Virus record (IMG/VR): IMGVR_UViG_3300045988_154560
Length of the DNA: 18,251 nucleotides
From: a virus
Reading direction: 5' to 3' (one strand)
The position numbers were made by a program, and so were the translations under genes. The notes below the pieces were generated by a model, which worked only from the letters and a program-made list of their open reading frames with translations, searched no databases and was not told the DNA's origin. Of this stretch, positions 15,004-18,251 are shown piece after piece. How positions within the stretch are numbered: the stretch's first letter is position 1; each line of letters starts with the position of its first letter.

Positions 15004-15821
15004 TAATCGTATACTCCTCTCATTTCATCTAAACCATGATATTTTCTTAAACTTGAAGTAACTGCTTCGTAAATTCCTCTTTCAACTCTTTCCTCATTAC
15101 CAACGATACTATCTTCGGGGTATCTATCCAATAAATCTCTTAAAACTTCTTTTATCCATAAATCCCTTTGCAGAGGCGATAAAGAATTGTACTCTGCTCT
15201 AATCATTTCTTGAATGTATGGTTTACAGCTTAATTGAATAGTTGGTGATGACATAAATTCATCATTAAACCAAGTATCATTTTCTCTGCTATCTGTTAAT
15301 GTTTTATAAACATTAGCAAATTTGATTTGCTTCATATCTTGCTTGAATTTCTTTATCATTTCCCTTTTTGTTTTATTGTCTGTGATAATTATATTATCTA
15401 AATGTTGAACTGGTACACCATCGTAGAAAAATGATTTTTTATCATAGTAACTTAAAAATATATCTTTACCAGTTAAATAATCTATTTGCATTTTAGGTAA
15501 ACCCATTGTTTCAAGTGCTTTAAGTGTTATATCAACTTCTTTGTTATACTTTTTAATTACTTGGTTGTATTGATAATCAATTGAACTCTTATATTTCTTC
15601 CTTGCTTTTTCTTCTTTTTTAATAGCTGAATTTAAACCTGTAGTAATTTTGTTAATTGCTTGGTTTAGTTGGGTTTTTGTAAGAGTTTTGCCTTGTAAAT
15701 AACTAGGAATTGCATAACCCAATAACTCATACTTATTTACTAGATATTTAATTTTTTGTTTATCACTCTTTTTTGTGAAGTCTGCTCTCTTTAACCCACT
15801 TAATTGTCTTTTTGCGTTCAT
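15003..15821 (-). CDS. Putative terminal protein (272 aa)
   Basis: Immediately upstream of the DNAP gene and translationally coupled to it (TAATG overlap), as for phi29 gene 3 and gene 2. The size is similar to phi29 TP and the N-terminal half is Lys-rich. No sequence motif recognised; the call rests on synteny. Confidence 0.55.
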   Translation of the reverse strand: MNAKRQLSGLKRADFTKKSDKQKIKYLVNKYELLGYAIPSYLQGKTLTKTQLNQAINKITTGLNSAIKKEEKARKKYKSSIDYQYNQVIKKYNKEVDITLKALETMGLPKMQIDYLTGKDIFLSYYDKKSFFYDGVPVQHLDNIIITDNKTKREMIKKFKQDMKQIKFANVYKTLTDSRENDTWFNDEFMSSPTIQLSCKPYIQEMIRAEYNSLSPLQRDLWIKEVLRDLLDRYPEDSIVGNEERVERGIYEAVTSSLRKYHGLDEMRGVYD

Positions 15822-15872
15822 GTAAATCCCCCTATAATATAAAGTATGTAGTAGGGGCTTAAATATTGCCCC

Positions 15873-16133
15873 TTATTTATTAAGTCTGTTTAATTTATAG
15901 TTTTTAATAACTTGTATTTCATGCTCTTCAATGTTATTTATTTTTTTTAATTTTTCTAAACATATCTCTACATCTGCAATTTCTTCTTTAATCATTTGAT
16001 AAATATCGCACATATCTTTTCTTAATGTTTCATCACCTAGAATTAACCTATTATACTTCCCTAAAGCTTGAGTTAATTCACCTAGTTCTTCCATTGCAAC
16101 TGTTGTTTCTATTACACCTATTAAATCACTCAT
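15873..16133 (-). CDS. MazG-like nucleotide pyrophosphohydrolase domain protein (86 aa)
   Basis: ATG at 16133 follows GAGGAG and overlaps the upstream stop (ATGA). MEELGELTQAL ... EEIADVEICLEKL fits the EExxE...ExxD helical pattern of all-alpha NTP-PPase (MazG) proteins. Confidence 0.55.
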   Translation of the reverse strand: MSDLIGVIETTVAMEELGELTQALGKYNRLILGDETLRKDMCDIYQMIKEEIADVEICLEKLKKINNIEEHEIQVIKNYKLNRLNK

Positions 16134-16333
16134 TTTAATAACTCCTCTCTCCAACCATTATTTTCAAATAAATAGTTAACTAAATACTCATAATCTTTTC
16201 GTGATTTGCACCCACCATTTATATATGCGTATGCTATCCAAAATATATCCTCGGGATAAAGTTCTCTGTAACCGAGAACTCTTCCGCATTTGTCTGCTAA
16301 TAATTTAAATGCTATATATCTATCATCTACCAA
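16130..16333 (-). CDS. Hypothetical protein (67 aa)
   Basis: The frame has no ATG, so the start is a TTG, 8 nt after AGAGGTG. Tightly packed in the early operon. Confidence 0.5.
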   Translation of the reverse strand: MVDDRYIAFKLLADKCGRVLGYRELYPEDIFWIAYAYINGGCKSRKDYEYLVNYLFENNGWREELLK

Positions 16334-16470
16334 TGCATTTGCACCTCTTTCTTTTCATTATCAACATATACGGCAAAATCGCCATAATAATAAGCTACAA
16401 AAACAGGGTAACTCCCTTTACCATCTTCTATTAAAACTTCTAATATTTCTTTTAAATCTTTTACTGTCAT
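16327..16470 (-). CDS. Small hypothetical protein (47 aa, MTVKDLKEILEVLIEDGKGSYPVFVAYYYGDFAVYVDNEKKEVQMHW)
   Basis: The ATG overlaps the upstream stop (TAATG) and the ORF fills an otherwise unexplained gap in a tightly packed operon. Below the ORF-track cutoff. Confidence 0.5.
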   Translation of the reverse strand: MTVKDLKEILEVLIEDGKGSYPVFVAYYYGDFAVYVDNEKKEVQMHW

Positions 16471-16670
16471 TAAAATACACTCTCCATTACTTTATTTACA
16501 ATAGCTTCCTCACTCATAAAGCGATAAGGTAATATAGCTTTTTGATATTCTCCTCTCATATCTATAAATCTAACTATTAATAATTCATCTTCTAAATTCA
16601 TACATATAAATCTGCAATGTACCTTTGATAATGTTTCCTTAATTATTCTTTCAGCTTTAAATAAACACAT
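16470..16670 (-). CDS. Hypothetical protein (66 aa)
   Basis: RBS AAGGGG upstream of the ATG. Located in the early operon. No family recognised. Confidence 0.55.
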   Translation of the reverse strand: MCLFKAERIIKETLSKVHCRFICMNLEDELLIVRFIDMRGEYQKAILPYRFMSEEAIVNKVMESVF

Positions 16671-16690
16671 ATTCTCAAACCCCTTTTATA

Positions 16691-16825
16691 TTATTTAAAT
16701 CTATAATTTACTGGTAATTTCTTTATATTACTTGAATAGTATCTTCTACAATAAGAACACAAATGGTTATTTGCATAATACTCATAACTTGTTATTTCCC
16801 GAAAGCATTGTTCACAATGATACAT
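16691..16825 (-). CDS. Small zinc-ribbon protein (44 aa, CxxC...CxxC)
   Basis: MYHCEQCFREITSYEYYANNHLCSYCRRYYSSNIKKLPVNYRFK contains two CxxC pairs 15 residues apart. The ATG overlaps the upstream stop (TAATG). Below the ORF-track cutoff. Confidence 0.5.
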   Translation of the reverse strand: MYHCEQCFREITSYEYYANNHLCSYCRRYYSSNIKKLPVNYRFK

Positions 16826-17034
16826 TAAAAGTCCTCCTCTATTCCAATCTTTTCTAAAAACATTGTATGCAACATATCATATTTTTCTAACAAATCTTCA
16901 TACGATAATTGTTCTAATCTTTCAAGTGATTTTATGACATCAAAATCAGATAAAAGACTTACATCAAAATCAAGCAAAGCAAAATGACAACTTATAATAT
17001 TGTAACATAACACTTTCTTATCTACTTCTTCCAT
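16825..17034 (-). CDS. Small, strongly acidic early protein (69 aa)
   Basis: RBS AAAGGAGGAATA precedes the ATG. About 17 Asp/Glu against 6 Lys/Arg. No family recognised. Confidence 0.6.
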   Translation of the reverse strand: MEEVDKKVLCYNIISCHFALLDFDVSLLSDFDVIKSLERLEQLSYEDLLEKYDMLHTMFLEKIGIEEDF

Positions 17035-17203
17035 TATTCCTCCTTTTACTTTCTTGCCACTTTTTATTATTAATTCTTATTTTTCTAATTATTGATTTTA
17101 ATTCTTTTTCACTTTTGTGTTCTAAATAACTATCAACGTTAATTACTTCCTCCACTAACGTTCCTAACATTTCTTTGATTTGATTGGTTAAGTATTCTCT
17201 CAT
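17018..17203 (-). CDS. Hypothetical protein with a basic C-terminus (61 aa from the ATG)
   Basis: The ATG at 17203 lies 5 nt after the stop of the upstream mini-ORF. The ORF-track TTG at 17215 is an alternative start. The 3' end overlaps the next gene by 17 nt. Confidence 0.5.
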   Translation of the reverse strand: MREYLTNQIKEMLGTLVEEVINVDSYLEHKSEKELKSIIRKIRINNKKWQESKRRNNGRSR

Positions 17204-17207
17204 TTTA

Positions 17208-17279
17208 TTACCCAATATCTGTTATAATATATATTACTATTATTGATATCATTGCTAATATTCCAATTGTTATTACCAT
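17208..17279 (-). CDS. Mini-ORF, 23-aa hydrophobic peptide (MVITIGILAMISIIVIYIITDIG)
   Basis: A strong GAGGAGGA lies 7 nt upstream of the ATG. The peptide has a single transmembrane-length hydrophobic segment. Below the ORF-track cutoff. Confidence 0.45.
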   Translation of the reverse strand: MVITIGILAMISIIVIYIITDIG

Positions 17280-17384
17280 TTATCTTCCTCCTCGTAGTAA
17301 TCACGTTCTGAAGCACCTACAAAAAATACAATTATTAAAAATTTAATGCTAAATATAGAAATAGTAGTCCTAGTATTGCGTTCA

Positions 17385-17597
17385 TTAATTAACCTCCTTG
17401 TACTTTTCCTTGATTATTCTGTCGATATATTCTTTTGCTTTAAGTAAATCTTCTTTACCATTTTTCTCTTTGTATCTTGTAACATATTTTATAACATTAC
17501 CTTGCATAAAATCCAAATTATTCTTTTGACAGAAATCTATAACATCTAAGCCTGTCCCATAGTAAGATGGGTTAATTTTGTCTGTATTATTATTCAT
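17385..17597 (-). CDS. DUF3310-family phage protein (70 aa)
   Basis: INPSYYGTGLDVIDFC...FMQGNVIKYVTRYKEKNGKEDLLKAKEYIDRII matches the DUF3310 pattern (hYk...id.i...gnaiKY..R...K...dl.KA..yl). RBS GGAGGTAAC. Confidence 0.75.
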   Translation of the reverse strand: MNNNTDKINPSYYGTGLDVIDFCQKNNLDFMQGNVIKYVTRYKEKNGKEDLLKAKEYIDRIIKEKYKEVN

Positions 17598-17632
17598 TAA
17601 GTTACCTCCATTATTTGTTTAATATTTAATAA

Positions 17633-17866
17633 TTAACTATAAATTTCACTAATATAAAAACATATAAAACTTTCGTTAATCTTTTTATCAATACTACTTT
17701 CAATCCAGTTAATAAAATAATCTTTATATTTATTCCAATCATCGTCTAAATAAAAGTTTTCAAATCTATCTGTATTAAAAATTATTTCATTTGTTTCATG
17801 ATTTATTATTTTGATTTTTTCTTTGTTCCATAATAATTCATTCTCTAATAAATCTTTAATTTTCAT
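17633..17866 (-). CDS. Hypothetical early protein (77 aa from the ATG at 17866)
   Basis: The ATG at 17866 follows GGAGGG. The longer ORF-track start (GTG at 17917) and the ATG at 17905 lack a convincing RBS. This is the first gene downstream of the right ITR promoter. Confidence 0.55.
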   Translation of the reverse strand: MKIKDLLENELLWNKEKIKIINHETNEIIFNTDRFENFYLDDDWNKYKDYFINWIESSIDKKINESFICFYISEIYS

Positions 17867-17943
17867 TATTCCCTCCATCATTTTATTTAATATTTCCGAA
17901 TACATTCCCTTAGACACTATAAGGATATACTGTTTAATAGTGC

Positions 17944-17972
17944 TTGACTAATTCCCTTTAATATCTTATACT
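17944..17972 (+). promoter_or_regulatory. Outward-facing sigma-A-type promoter (TTGACT-17 nt-TATACT) directed toward the right terminus
   Basis: TTGACT at 17944-17949, exactly 17 nt of spacer, TATACT at 17967-17972. There is no coding potential downstream on the + strand. Confidence 0.55.
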
Positions 17973-18131
17973 TTATTTTCCGCTACTTTTAAATGCATTC
18001 AATAATAAATCAAATTTAAGACTGCATCTTTTTACGTACCAATCATGGCTTTGTAATATTTCTCTAATCTTATGGTTATTTATTTAAACTCACCCCCTCG
18101 GCTCTTTATTTGTGTCCCTCTCTATGATTCT

Positions 18132-18160
18132 ATTATATAATATTTGAACAAAAAATGCAA
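18132..18160 (-). promoter_or_regulatory. Sigma-A-type early promoter straddling the inner edge of the right ITR (TTGCAT-17 nt-TATAAT on the - strand)
   Basis: Mirror copy of the left promoter: the -35 element is at 18155-18160 and the -10 element at 18132-18137 on the - strand. It points inward. Confidence 0.75.
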
Positions 18161-18251
18161 TACTTTTTGTGAAAATATTTGAAAGAAATTATATAAATTA
18201 TTCGACAAATATATTCGACATTTATACCACAATAATACGAACAATGAGGCT
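18153..18251. repeat. Right inverted terminal repeat (perfect 99 bp)
   Basis: Exact reverse complement of 1-99, ending exactly at the window edge. Confidence 0.95.

Noticed and set aside
15822-15872. Possible internal promoter upstream of the terminal-protein gene (TTAAGC-17 nt-TATTAT on the - strand)
   Set aside because: Both hexamers are weak and overlap the GC hairpin. In AT-rich DNA such matches are expected by chance, and the operon context suggests read-through expression.
16290-16532. 80-aa ORF on the + strand
   Set aside because: It is antisense to three tightly coupled - strand early ORFs. It has low-complexity Leu-rich sequence and no RBS.
1-18251. Possibility that the inverted repeats mark a transposon or IS element, or that this is an integrated prophage
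   Set aside because: There is no transposase, integrase or repressor module. The content is a full phi29-like virion and replication gene set, with a protein-primed DNAP and a putative terminal protein, and for such genomes ITRs are the replication origins. The repeats coincide exactly with the sequence ends.
1-18251. tRNA genes, rRNA genes, CRISPR arrays
   Set aside because: I saw no cloverleaf-like GC-rich segments and no regularly spaced direct repeats. The intergenic space is almost fully accounted for by promoters, terminators and the regions discussed above.

Overview
The window appears to be a complete, or nearly complete, 18.25-kb linear genome of a phi29-like protein-primed podophage (Picovirinae/Salasmaviridae type). 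It is very AT-rich. That, the strong GGAGG-type ribosome-binding sites (RBSs) and the YvrJ-like and NlpC/P60 genes suggest a low-GC Firmicute host, probably a Clostridium; this is inference. Perfect 99-bp inverted terminal repeats (ITRs) sit exactly at positions 1 and 18251, and each carries an inward-facing near-consensus sigma-A promoter. A short left arm on the + strand (170-2770) encodes small early proteins and an OB-fold SSB operon. All other genes are on the - strand. From the right end these run through small early genes (DUF3310, zinc ribbon, MazG-like), a putative terminal protein, a family-B protein-primed DNA polymerase and a sigma-70-like protein. After a terminator comes the late module: scaffold-like protein, major capsid, a split tail knob carrying lysozyme and NlpC/P60 domains, connector, lower collar, beta-helix appendage/tailspike, YvrJ-like small protein and gp16-type packaging ATPase. 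The two arms converge on a shared hairpin terminator at 2805-2826. No tRNA, CRISPR array, integrase or transposase is evident. Observations worth follow-up: (1) an outward-facing promoter plus an ORF-free terminal region that may encode the expected but unannotated packaging RNA (pRNA) or an antisense RNA; (2) a tail-knob gene split by a dual peptidoglycan-hydrolase cassette, with no stand-alone endolysin seen; (3) a phage sigma-like factor at the early/late boundary; (4) unusually long ITRs with internal repeats; (5) several RBS-equipped mini-ORFs for hydrophobic peptides. All homology statements rest on motifs recognised by eye and recalled family knowledge, not on searches.
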